This document shows positions 1 through 11,883 of a stretch of DNA of 64,000 nt, one piece after another. Numbering within the stretch: the first letter of the stretch is position 1; each line of letters opens with the position of its first letter. Source of the DNA: Octopus sinensis (taxonomy: Eukaryota); assembly GCF_006345805.1 (NCBI RefSeq), contig NC_042999.1, forward strand, positions 114,700,001-114,764,000. Reading direction: 5' to 3'. Under the pieces are notes generated by a model, which did not search any database, was not told where the DNA came from, and worked only from the letters and a program-made list of their open reading frames with translations. The position numbers and the translations under genes were made by a program.

Positions 1-283
1 ATAGTTTCCATTCTCAAGAAAACTAATTGAGCTGAGATGTCAACAAATACATATCAGTCACGACCTTCCCATTTCAGGATGTTTTCAAGAATAGCATACT
101 CCAGATTCTTCGATTGACTGGCGTCCCATTTAGGTGAGGAATATGTACGCCATGAAAAACGGCAAAATGGGCCCATGAGTGTATATGACTCGGAAAGGAT
201 TTTCATCCATCATCCTATCCTATACTCCAGACTGTACTGTCCAATGTGTCTGTTTTCTAATACAGCTGGATGAAGCTTGGGAA

Positions 284-390
284 TGATTTGATTTTTTAAC
301 AGATCGAGAGACAACATAGTGTTTCCCCTCAATGACACGTTTTGGAATGGAGCGTTGTCATCTATTCCGGCGTGAAATTATGACCAACAG
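284..390 (-). mobile_element. possible RTE-type LINE C-terminal remnant (highly decayed)
   Basis: With frameshifts the minus strand reads GH..R.DDN/RSIPKRVIEGK..SRSVKK, loosely like the RTE post-RT motif GH..R.DD.R.PK..L.G....R..GRP. Confidence 0.25.
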
Positions 391-664
391 CATTGGTTCC
401 TCAAATAAAAAATAACCTTTGTGGAGAATTTCTGCTCATCTTCCATTAGAAACTGGGTACAGACTATGTAAATGAAATATCTCTACCCTGTATTTAACGA
501 TTGGGAAGATTTATCGTATATATAGGACTGCAATTTCTAGTGTGCTTTCCTTTTCAAAATGGCTATGGTGTAATAGTTTGGTAAACCTGGCTGCTATTTT
601 TAACAATTTCAATAATCCCCATATATGCTTCCTTATTGAAACGAGGCTCCTTCATTCCTTCATA

Positions 665-1857
665 CAGGGGTTGGATCAAATAATGGAAACACCTAGCAGC
701 ATATCATCATAATTTTGAAATATCTTTAAAACCGTCAAAAGCTTGTTTATTTTTATGTTTTTTGAATTATTATTAGTGTTGCTTAACATTGTTTTGCTGA
801 ATTTGCTGTGTCTTTTCAGATATCATCAGAAAAAGGTAATTAAAATTCATTAAAATGACAGATCTATCGGACTTTCAAAGAAGTCAAATTGTTGGTGCTC
901 GTATGTCAGGCGATAGCGTAACGAAAACAGCCGAAATGTTTGGTGCATCAAGAAGTACTGTCTCGAAAGTAATGACAGCCTTTGAGAAAGAGGGAAAAAT
1001 CTCCTCGTCGAAACAAAACTTCGGAAGAAAACCAAAACTTTCTGATATAACCGTCGGACTCCTACACGAATTGGTAGAAAGGATCATAAAAGTACAGCTC
1101 CCAGAATTACTGCAGAGCTTAATGACCACCTCGAGAACCCAGTTTCTACAAAAACTGTTCACCGGGAGCTGCACCAAACTGGACTTCACGGGAGGGCTAC
1201 AATCAGAAAACCATTACTTTAAAAAAAAAAAAACGCTGCAAAGCGTTTACAGTGGAATAAAAATCAACAGAATTAGTCCCTAAAGCTGTGGGAAAATGTT
1301 ATTTTCTCGGACGAGTCATCCTTGACCTTATTTCCGACCACCGGCCGAGTATACGTGTAGAGACAGCCAAAAGAAGTATTTGACCCAGGCTGCCTTCTTC
1401 CACCTGTTAAATATGGAGGAGGATCTGTGATGATCTAGTGGTGGGGGGGCTATATCTTGGAAATCTGCCGGCCCAATGGTTTCTCTTCGTGGCAGAATTA
1501 ATAGTGAAGACTATTTAAGCATTTTATTTGATCAGATTCATCCTATGGTTGCGGAACTGTTTCTGGAGAGAAACGCAATCTTACAGGGTGATAATGCACC
1601 AATTCACACTGCTAAAGTTGTTACTGAATTGCACGAGGAACATTCTAATGAAGTTGAACATCTTATCTGGCCACCACAGTCCCCATATCTCAATATTACT
1701 GAACATTTATGGTGTATTTTAGAAAACAAATAAGGAGTCGTGATCCTCCACCATCATCACTACAAGAACTGGAAACTATTTTAGCTGAAGAAAGGGCAAA
1801 AATTCCTTTCGAAACAATTCAAACTTTGTACGAGTCCATACCTCGTAGAATTCAAGC
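665..1857 (+). mobile_element. Tc1-like DNA transposon, copy 1 (left TIR present, 3' end missing)
   Basis: It starts at TA|CAGGGGTTGGATCAAATAATGGAAACACC, and the same start recurs at 16610. A decayed transposase follows. No right TIR was found. Confidence 0.92.
855..1857 (+). pseudogene. Tc1-family transposase pseudogene, DD36E spacing
   Basis: HTH N-terminus MTDLSDFQRSQIVGAR...GRKPKLS, then WENVIFSDES, KYGGGSVM, QGDNAPIH...WPPQSPYLNITEHLW and IPRRIQA. There are 36 residues between the second D and the E. It has a frameshift near 1045 and in-frame stops. Confidence 0.9.
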
Positions 1858-1974
1858 TTGTTCACGGTTGAAAAGCCTTTAGTAAGATCTGAACAAGCAG
1901 GACTCGAGCAAAACTTATCTGGTGATAAAGAAAATTGAACAACAACAATAGTTATGTATTAAGTAAGCTACATT

Positions 1975-2110
1975 GTGTATACTGGCTAGAGTGGTGGGCT
2001 CACGATCGTAAGACTACAGGTTCAATTCTTGGTCCGAGTGGTATGTTGTGTCCTTGAGCAAGGCGCTTTATTTCCTATTGCTCTAGTCTCCTCAGATGCA
2101 AATGAATATC
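1975..2110 (+). mobile_element. tRNA-derived CORE-type SINE head (decayed)
   Basis: B-box-like GGTTCAATTCTT, then TGTGTCCTTGAGCAAGGCGCTTTA, which resembles the CORE domain start. Confidence 0.55.
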
Positions 2111-2267
2111 AGCGGACTACTGGAGCGGTTCTTTCTCCCATCAACTGTTATATCAATTTTCCACTAGCTCAAGGTGACTCTATCTGCTCGGGACTACATA
2201 GACACCTAAAATAATGAACGAAAGCATGGTACTTGCTACAGGCTCACACTCACCTGGGACTGGATCT

Positions 2268-2500
2268 TTATCTTTTATCTTTTTCTTGTTTCAATCATTG
2301 GACTACGGCTATTCTGGAGCATCACGTTGAAAGGTTTTGTCGAACAAATCGCCTCAGTTCTTTCTTTATTCTAGTGTAATATTTATTTTATTTTTTCTCT
2401 TTTACCGAATCGCTAAGTTACGGGATCGTAAACAAACCAACGCCGGTTGTCGAACTTTGGAGGGGACAAACACAAACACAAAGACGTACATACATATATA
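2268..2500 (-). mobile_element. SINE family A 3' half
   Basis: Reverse complement of the tail seen at 18590-18791 (GCTAAGTTACGGG..CGTAAAC; TTGTTTCA.TCATT.GACT). Confidence 0.8.
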
Positions 2501-2649
2501 CATACATGTTATCCTCATCGTCGCCATATTCCTCCTCCTCCTCCTACTACTACTACAATTACTAATCACTAAAGTAACTGTCAAATTTATTGTAGTTATA
2601 TCACACTGCCAAATAATACAGAAGACAAAATACCCGGTTCCACGAAAGA

Positions 2650-2680
<31 letters not shown>

Positions 2681-3139
2681 GTGTGTGTGTGTGAGAGAGA
2701 GAGAGTGTGTCAGTGTGTGTGTGTGTGTGTGTGCGTGTGTTATGTTAATAAGTCAATTACACATTACTCTGCCGATAATTTTGGGGAAGCACTTTCTCTT
2801 TTATATACATTTTTTAAACATTTTTTTTCGAACTTGACATCTCAGAATTACAAGATATATCCCACTCATATTTCGAAATTAATTATTTAATTCTCAATTA
2901 ATAACTCATATCTCATTTAAGCAATCGATAAATTAATGAGTAAATGAATAAATGCATGGTAAGAAGTTTGATTGCCAACTACATGGTTCTGTGTTTATGG
3001 TACTTTAATGTAGCTTATGGAAGTGCATTCTATTATAGCCACGGACCAACGAATCCCTATTGATCGAATTTGGTAGATAGAAACTGAAAGAAGCTCGTTG
3101 TATATATGCATGCATATATATATATTCTTTTCTTACGCA

Positions 3140-3245
3140 ACAGGTACTTAATTTATCGACCTCGAAAGGATGAAAGGTAAAGTCGACCTCGGCAGAATTT
3201 GGATTCAGACATAAGGACAGACGAAATACCACTAAGCACGGCGCC
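3140..3245 (-). mobile_element. SINE family B fragment
   Basis: GGATGAAAGGTAAAGTCGACCTCGGCAGAATTTG matches the family B core in reverse complement. Confidence 0.75.
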
Positions 3246-3255
3246 TTATATACAT

Positions 3256-3287
<32 letters not shown>

Positions 3288-3312
3288 ATATAGTATATAT
3301 ATATATATAGTC

Positions 3313-3545
3313 TTTTATTCTTTTACTTGTTTCAGTCATTTGACTGCAGTCATGCTGGAGTACTGCCTCAAGGGTTTTTTCAGTCGAAGAAGTCGACCCC
3401 AGGACTTATCCTTTGTAAGCCTAGTACCTATTCTATCGGTCTTTTGCTGAACGGCTAAGTTACAGGGACGTAAAAAGACCAACAGACCAAGTGATGGTGG
3501 GGAGACAAACACAAACACACAAACACACAAACACACAAACATATA
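3313..3545 (-). mobile_element. SINE family A 3' half
   Basis: CTTTTACTTGTTTCAGTCATTTGACTGC...GGCTAAGTTACAGGGACGTAAA is the reverse complement of the family A tail. Confidence 0.85.
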
Positions 3546-3578
3546 AATATGTATATATATATATGTATGTATGTATAT

Positions 3579-4660
3579 ATTAGGGAGTAAATCCAAACTT
3601 ACAGGAAAAATTAGATTCAGGATTAAATCAAATTTCACAGTTTAAATATAAATTAAATTAGAAATAAAACCACTATTAGGCAATCAAACAGTGAAAAACA
3701 TAAACCAAAACATAAATATAAATATAATTAATATAATATACAAAAAATATAAAATATAAAATTTTAAATTAAATTATTTAAATTTAAAATTTTTAATTTA
3801 TATTTATAAATTTTTATATATTTTTTTATTTTAAATTTATAAATTTTTTAAACTTTGAATTTTTCAATATTATATTTATTTATATATATATTATATATAT
3901 ATCTATATTATATTATTTATATTATATTATATTAATTATATTAAACTTTTAGTACCTTTTTATAGTTATATATATAAAATCAAACAATGAAAAACATAAA
4001 CCAAACATAAATATCAATATAAGTAATAATATACAAAACCTATAAAATATAAAATTTAAAATTAAATTATTTAAATTCAAAATTTTTAATTTATATTTAT
4101 AAATTTTTATATATTTTATTTAATTTTAAATTTATAAATTTTAAAACTTTTAATTTTTTAATATTTATATTTATTTATTTATTTATTTATATTTTTTCTT
4201 TTATTATATTATATTATATTACTTATAATTAACTTTTTAGTACCTTTTGATAGTTATATATATATATATATATATAAAAAATAAATAAATAAATATATAA
4301 ATATAATGGCGGTGCCCCAGCATGGCCACAGCTCATAAGCTGAAACTGGAAAAATCAAAATCAAATCAAATCATATAAATAAATAAATTTACAAATAAAT
4401 AAATATAAATATTAAAAAATTAAAAGTTTAAAAATATATAAATTTAAATTTTTTTAAAAATATATAAGAAAATATATAAAAATGTATAAAAATTTATAAA
4501 TATAAATTAAAATTTTAAATTTAAATAATTTAATTTTAAATTTTATATTTTATTTTTTTGTATATTATATTAATTATATTTATATTTATATTTTGGTTTT
4601 ATGTTTTTCACTGTTTGATTTGCCTAATAGTGTGTTTATCATCTCTAATTCAATTTAAAT
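3579..4660. repeat. AT-rich ~300 bp unit in three copies: direct (3579-3975), direct (3978-4260), inverted (4373-4660)
   Basis: AATCAAACAGTGAAAAACATAAACCAAAAC occurs near 3680 and 3978, and its reverse complement near 4590-4630. TTTTAGTACCTTTT ends both direct copies. Confidence 0.85.
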
Positions 4661-5324
4661 ATATATATATATATATTATATATATATATATATATTATAT
4701 ATATATATATATATGTGTGTGTGGTGTGTGTTGTATGTATGTATTATTTATGTATGTATGTATGCATGCATGTATGTTGGAGTATGTATATCTTTATGTT
4801 TGTGCATGTCGCCCACCACTGCTTCACAACCGGTCTTGGCTTGTTTATGTTCCTGTAACATTAGCGTTTTAGCCAAATATGTCAAAGAGAATATGTAGTA
4901 CCAGGTTTCAAAAAAAAATTTTTAATTGAAGAAAGTTTTGGGGGTTAAGCAAACTGTTCGACAATACCCTTCAAAGTGGTACCCCAGTATGGCCACAGCC
5001 CAATGACTGATACAAGTAAAAAATAAAAAATAGATAAATAAATAAATAAGAAAAGAAAGAAAAGGTCAGAAGGGTCGGGGTTTCTATGTAGCTATTCGTC
5101 TTGTATGTCACTAACTACCAGCCCAATCTACCTCGAATTACAGAGAGGATACGCTGTGCAAAAGGGAGGGAAAATGGTCACGGGTGGAACAATTTGGATC
5201 AATATGGCTTCTTAGGTCAGGTTTCACATGAGGCTAAACGAACAACAATAACGACCAAAATATAAAACGTAACAGGAAAACTAAACCAATTCTATACCAG
5301 TTCCATTTCTGAGAACTTTGGATA

Positions 5325-5326
<2 letters not shown>

Positions 5327-5386
<60 letters not shown>
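5327..5386 (+). repeat. (TAG)n microsatellite
   Basis: Perfect trinucleotide run. Confidence 0.97.
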
Positions 5387-5387
<1 letters not shown>

Positions 5388-6018
5388 CTTTAGTAGTAGT
5401 AGTGGTGGTAGTGATGGTCGTCGTCGACGTCATGGTTTTGTTAACCGTTATCGTCTTCATCGGTATCATTGTCAACGCCAGGACACCCTGCTAAATGTTT
5501 ATTTGGTAACTAACGTGTGTGTATGTTTGTGTGTGTGTTTGTGTTGTGTCTGTGTCCGTGTGTGTGTGTTTGTGTTTGCGCGTGTGTGTGTGTGTGTGTT
5601 GTATGTGTGTGGTGTGTGTGTGTGTGTGTTTGTCTGTGTGCTTGCATGCTTGTGCCCGTTGTGTGTCTGTCTGTGTGTGTAAAGTGATGTGAGTGATTGT
5701 GAGCATGTGCGTGTGTTACGTATTTGTGTGATTTTTGCGAGCTCCAAAGGTAGAATACATATGTGAGGTGAATAACCTGCCGGTGTTGATTCTGTCGTTA
5801 GTGTTGTCTGTACTTTTTCAAGATTTTGAAAATTATTTTATCAGGAGAATTCAAGGTGATCACTAGCCAAGAAACGAGGATCTTTTCTATCAATTAAAAC
5901 TGGTTTCTATCAATTAAACTGATTTGTTATATATATACACATTGAGGAAATGGATTTTACCTCCATTATTTACATTATTTACATTTGGCGGATATTTGTC
6001 CTCATCTTGTTTGTTGTT

Positions 6019-6064
6019 AACACAACGTTTCGGCTGATATGCCCTCCAGCCTTTATCATGTGTC
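6019..6064 (-). ncRNA. minimal type I hammerhead ribozyme, core mutated (AUGAUAA instead of CUGAUGA)
   Basis: The minus strand reads GACAC-ATGATAA-A-GGCTG..CAGCC-GAAAC-GTT-GTGTT. It is the mirror copy of 6373-6418 with two core substitutions. Confidence 0.7.
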
Positions 6065-6122
6065 TTGGGAAAATTTAGAACCTGGGTTCTCATCCCTAAG
6101 GTATTTTTCGATATTATTATTA

Positions 6123-6161
<39 letters not shown>

Positions 6162-6187
6162 TATATTATTATTATATTATTATTATG

Positions 6188-6220
<33 letters not shown>

Positions 6221-6244
6221 GTAATAATAATAATAATAATAATA

Positions 6245-6311
<67 letters not shown>

Positions 6312-6372
6312 TGATGATAATAATATCGAAAAATACCTTAGGAATGAGAACCAAGGTTCAAACTTTCCCCAA

Positions 6373-6418
6373 GACACCTGATGAAGGCTGGAGGGTATAT
6401 CAGCCGAAACGTTGTGTT
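6373..6418 (+). ncRNA. minimal type I hammerhead ribozyme (PLE-type, intact core)
   Basis: Stem I GACAC/GTGTT; CTGATGA 6378-84; one extra A; stem II GGCTG/CAGCC; GAAAC 6406-10; GUU site 6411-13. Stem III is the loopless palindrome AACGTT. Confidence 0.78.
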
Positions 6419-6751
6419 AACAACAAACAAGATGAGGACAAATAACCGTCAAATGTAAATAATATACGTAATTCCTCATCTCTTAAACATAGTGGATTTT
6501 ACCGGTTCCATTTCCTCAATTTTGATTTTTATTCGCATACATAGTAACCCTAGTTGCTCACTATGAACTATAAAATAACTTTTTCAGCTTATCGAACTTC
6601 GATGTGGGAAAACTTTACAACCTTCTACGCCAATGAACTACTATTGTTCCTGAAAGTTGTTTTTTTTTTTCTACCTTCTACAGACTACTCGGAACTTACT
6701 TATCGTTATGTGTGTGTGTGTAGATATAAATGTACACATACACACACACAC

Positions 6752-6790
<39 letters not shown>

Positions 6791-7526
6791 ACACACACAC
6801 ATATATATATATATGTATATGCATGTTTATGCATGTTGATGATTGTGGGTACCTTATATGTGTGTAGTGAACATGTATTTCACTTTAGTATACAAGTATC
6901 AGTGCTTCGCATTTTGGCACACTTTAGTATACAAGTGATTGTGCTTTACTATTACGCGTGTGTGCCTTCGGGCATTTCATATGTATATGGGAATGTGTGC
7001 ATATATCTGGTCCAGAAAATTCACATTGCGAGGATGGGGGTTGTCCTTGGAGCATTTTGCTTGTATTTTCATGTTTAGTTCGGGGAAACTCGCATGGAGA
7101 ATCTCTATGTATATACGTATGTATGCATGTATGTTATGCATGCATGCATGTATGTTTGTGTTATGAATGTATGTGTATATGTGTGTGTATGTATGTATGT
7201 ATGCATGCATGTATGTATGTATCTATGTTATGCGTGTATATATAGGGGCCTTTAGTTGTGTATTTGGGTTAGGTTTCCGGTTTCAGGATATCTTCCTCAC
7301 TACCTCCTACCCGTTTCGGAGGCCTTGTAACGGGTCATATTCAGTGCTTTCTCTCATGAGAGGAAAGCATGGAAAAATAAAAGAAGTGGGGCGCATTGCT
7401 ATGTAAGTGTCTATGTGCGTGTGTGTGCACGTAACACTGTCCTGGTAAAAAAAACCCACAAGGGTAGCAACGGAATATGAAAAGGGACGTAACTGCATGG
7501 AGCGCCTAGCGATTGGGCCATTTGCA

Positions 7527-7681
7527 TGTATGTATGTATGTATGTATGTATGTATGTATGTATGTATGTATGTATGTATGTATCTATCTATCTATCTATC
7601 TATCTATCATCTATCAATATAATATATATATTATATATATATAATATATATACTATATATATATATATATACATACATACA

Positions 7682-7759
<78 letters not shown>

Positions 7760-7760
7760 T
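7527..7760 (+). repeat. compound (TATG)n-(TATC)n-(TA)n microsatellite
   Basis: Read directly from the sequence. Confidence 0.95.
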
Positions 7761-8097
7761 ATAAGAATGAATGTTTTTTTATATATAATGAACGTGAAAT
7801 ACAGGAAGGGACGAACACGGAACACAGACAAATCATTCGAAGCCTTCAATCTTCAGTCAGACACCGAATCATCATAGCAAATTTCGGCTGTTCAATTCTG
7901 ATATTGCTCCAACTCGGCCAGCCCCAAGAAAAAAAACTAAGCTGTAAGCATTAGATTTTTTGGTAGAAGACAGGAATGTGAACGCACAAGACGGATGTGA
8001 ATACAAGAGACGAAAACGAAATTGAAAACAGTAATGAATAAACAAAATATATATAACGGTGGTTACTTTAGACCAAATGAGACAAAAAAACACACAC

Positions 8098-8138
<41 letters not shown>

Positions 8139-8378
8139 GCACACACATACACACTGAGCGTCAAACTAATACAACTTGCTAGCTCTTCCCTTACCTGTCT
8201 GTCATTCGGTTTATATTTTATGTACAACTGCGAACTATATACATACATATACGTTTCAAAATTGTACAAAAGACAAAAAAAAAACAAAAAAAAAACAGAG
8301 ACAGGTGAGGGGACAACAAACACTGTGTAAGTGTGTATTAGTTAGATGCCCAGGAAAGATTGGACGTTTCGAGCCTAC

Positions 8379-8532
8379 AATATTCTGCAGATAGAAATGA
8401 GGAGAGAAAACAGATGAAAGGAGGTAAAAAAATTAACTCTTGTATTATATATATATATATATATATATATAATACAAGAGTTAATTTTTTTACCTCCTTT
8501 CATCTGTTTTCTCTCCTCATTTCTATCTGCAG

Positions 8533-8538
<6 letters not shown>
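8379..8538. repeat. near-perfect palindrome with a (TA)n centre
   Basis: AATATTCTGCAGATAGAAATGAGG...TTGTATT at 8379-8444 is mirrored at ~8471-8538. Confidence 0.92.
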
Positions 8539-8582
<44 letters not shown>

Positions 8583-8778
8583 CAACATGTGCAACAGTTA
8601 ACTATGCGCACTTTATACGCACTTTTGACAAGTTGTGGTGCACCTGAGCACTGTATACAATAATTTCATTATTATTTTATATATATATATATATATACAC
8701 ATATATTTTATGTACATATATATATTTATAGTTTATACATACACACACACGCACATATATATATTTCATATACACATA

Positions 8779-8809
<31 letters not shown>

Positions 8810-9049
8810 GAGAGAAGGGGTGAGGGTGGAGATTATGTGTAAGACGGAATCTTTTTGCCAATAGCTATTCAAACACAATATCCTTATCACCAATATCTTC
8901 GCTTTTCTTTCGACATAAAATGATGTAGTAAACGTATTTTCGTTGTCATTAAACGAGATGTAAGTTACGTGTGCGCACGTGACTGTGAGTGTGTTTCCGT
9001 GCGTGCGCCTGCGTGCTCGCTCGTGTGTGTTTCCGAGTATTTGTGCGTT

Positions 9050-9102
<53 letters not shown>

Positions 9103-9423
9103 TTGTGTGTGCATATGTCGGTTTAATAATACAAACAGAATAAATGGAAACTAAATACATTAATATAACTTTACTTTTTTTTTCACTGGATTCAACCAGA
9201 AGCTGCGACCTCGACGGGGTACCGCCTTTATAGTGTGATTGATTTTGATTTCACATTGTATACATATTGCATATACACAGCATGTATATTTTCTTTATTA
9301 TTGACATTTTGATAAATGTTATGCACGAAACTCTCAGCAACATCCTACGGAGTTTAAAGCTTCCTACGGGTTAAAAAAACTATAAACATAAGCGGGCACA
9401 AACACACACACACGCACGCACAC

Positions 9424-9618
9424 GTTCATGGCTGTGGGTAAAAAAAAAAATACAGTTAATTAAGATTTTATACAACATATTCTCCTCTCCGTTTCACATA
9501 CTTATTGTGGCGGTCCTTCGGTTTTTCTAAGCCCTGTACAACAATTCGGAAGGATGGGCCTCCAGCCAGGCCTATCGCGATGCACTTAATGCCAGGAACT
9601 TTTTAGCATCTCTTCGTA
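9424..9618 (-). mobile_element. internally deleted mariner (MITE-like)
   Basis: The minus strand begins TACGAAGAGATGCTAAAAAGTTCCTGGC (mariner-type TIR, again at 59668-59696). It encodes GLEKPKDRHNKYVKRRGEYVV*, like the mariner C-terminus G...L..RW.KCV...GEYVE*. Confidence 0.72.
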
Positions 9619-9646
9619 TATTATACACACAAACACACACACACAC

Positions 9647-9692
<46 letters not shown>

Positions 9693-9751
9693 CACACACA
9701 CACACATACATACACTCACACACACATATATACATGAAATATGTATGCATA

Positions 9752-9783
<32 letters not shown>

Positions 9784-10281
9784 CTTATAAACATACATAC
9801 AGACAGACAGATAGATAGAGAGAGAAAGAGACAGAGACAGAGACAGAAACAGAGAGAGGGGGCAGAGACAGACAGAGAGACGGTTTGTTTTTATGTCGAG
9901 TTATAATAACATTTATACATTAAAGTGAAGAATTACTCAATATGTTTTGTAGAGTAAATATTCATTGCATTTTTATAAAAAGAACGATGGCAGTGACTTC
10001 GAAGTTTCCGCATGCTAGCTGACAGTGGCTGTCGGATCTGCTTTAAGCTATGCTAAGCTGAGGCACTGTTCTATGTACGGGACAGAAAATTGTAAAAAGC
10101 ATCACAGTAGAAGAATATATAAATAGATATTTGTTTACAATCAAACGTGTTAGTGTACACACATTAACACATGCATTTAAGCACGCATACACACGCACAC
10201 ACATACACACCACACAAATATATAAATACAAATACATGCATACACACACACATATATTTATATATGAGCACGTACATATGA

Positions 10282-10312
<31 letters not shown>

Positions 10313-10364
10313 ATTATATTTATATTATTATATAATAATATATATATTTATATATATATATATC

Positions 10365-10397
<33 letters not shown>

Positions 10398-10496
10398 GAT
10401 ATATATATATATATATACGAATATATACACATATATGTACATTGACTAAATGGTTTATTTTTAATTGCTATTGAAAGTAGATTGTTTTTACTTATA

Positions 10497-10554
<58 letters not shown>

Positions 10555-10728
10555 AATATATGTTTATAATATTTTCTCCATATCTTCAGGCTCAAGAATA
10601 TAAAATATATTTGCACTCTAAAGAAAGAATAAGAAATTGTTTTCATCTACTTTTTGGTACATCAATAAATATGTATCTCCTCTTTGTCTCTCTTTCTCTC
10701 TCGTATAAATATATATATATATACATAC

Positions 10729-10785
<57 letters not shown>

Positions 10786-10824
10786 TATATATATATGTAT
10801 ATATAATATATATTATATTATATA

Positions 10825-10864
<40 letters not shown>

Positions 10865-11474
10865 CAATATATACATACATATATATATACATATATATTA
10901 TATATATGATAATATATATATATATATATAATATAAGGGTTGTGTGTGTGTGGGTGTGTGTGTGTGTGTGTGTAGTATGTATGATGTATCTGTATTTTTT
11001 ATTAGCAGTGGTAGATACAGACAAGATATGCTGCAATATATATATATATATGTATGTTTGTATGTATGCATGTATGTATATGTTGCTCTAATTATATTTA
11101 TATACAATAATCATTTAAAATGTTATGGAAAAAAAAATTACATTAAATTGCCAATATATCATTAACTGTTAGATTAATTAGTTGCTTGATTGCATAGATA
11201 TTAAGTTGATACAAACGTTTGGAAAAGTAATTAAATTAAAATAATTACATTGATTAATATTAGAAATTAAGTGTTTTAAAGTTAGATTAATTGTTTGTTT
11301 GTATGAGATTTCAATGCACACATTACCACATACTTTACATAGAATATCGCTTTTAATCTAATTTGACATATCTTACTCTTCATATGTATGTATGTGTGTG
11401 TATGCGGGTGTTTGCGTTTGTGTTTGTCTGTGTGTATGTATATATATATGTGTGTGTGTATGTAGATATGTGCA

Positions 11475-11517
<43 letters not shown>

Positions 11518-11560
11518 CATACATATATAAATACATACGTAACTAATATATATGTATCAC

Positions 11561-11627
<67 letters not shown>

Positions 11628-11631
11628 TTAT

Positions 11632-11801
11632 GGCGCTGGAGTGGCTGTGTGGTAAGTAGCTTGCTAACCAACCACATGGTTCCGGGTTCAGTGCCACTGC
11701 GTGGCATCTTGGGCAAGTGTCTTCTGCTATAGCCCCGGACCGACCAATGCCTTGTGAGTGGATTTGGTAGACGGAAACTGAAAAAGCCTGTCGTATATAA
11801 G

Positions 11802-11883
<82 letters not shown>

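Larger units (their letters stand above)
5941..6521. mobile_element. foldback element, probable inverted Penelope-like pLTR pair with a (TAT)n/(ATA)n centre
   Basis: 5941-6125 is the reverse complement of 6316-6521, apart from an indel near 6465-6505. The central microsatellite also switches strand. Each arm has a hammerhead motif. Confidence 0.75.

Noticed and set aside
1785-1820. CTGAAGA...CCTTTC-GAAAC hammerhead-like string
   Set aside because: It lies inside the Tc1 coding sequence, stem II is out of register, and there is no NUH or stem I.
3579-4660. Possible mitochondrial insertion (AGTACCTTTT resembles an rrnL motif)
   Set aside because: Only a few bases match, there are no mitochondrial tRNA or ORF features, and the direct and inverted arrangement fits a nuclear repeat better.
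7880-7915. Minus-strand GGCTG/CAGCC stem followed by GAAA
   Set aside because: No CUGANGA before the stem and no valid stem III.
9530-9620. Plus-strand peptide ALYNNSEGWASSQAYRDALNARNFLASL resembling the ABCA motif YNNKGWH..AYLNALNN
   Set aside because: The same bases are better explained as a mariner TIR plus C-terminus on the minus strand, and the TIR recurs at 59668. There is also an in-frame stop just upstream.
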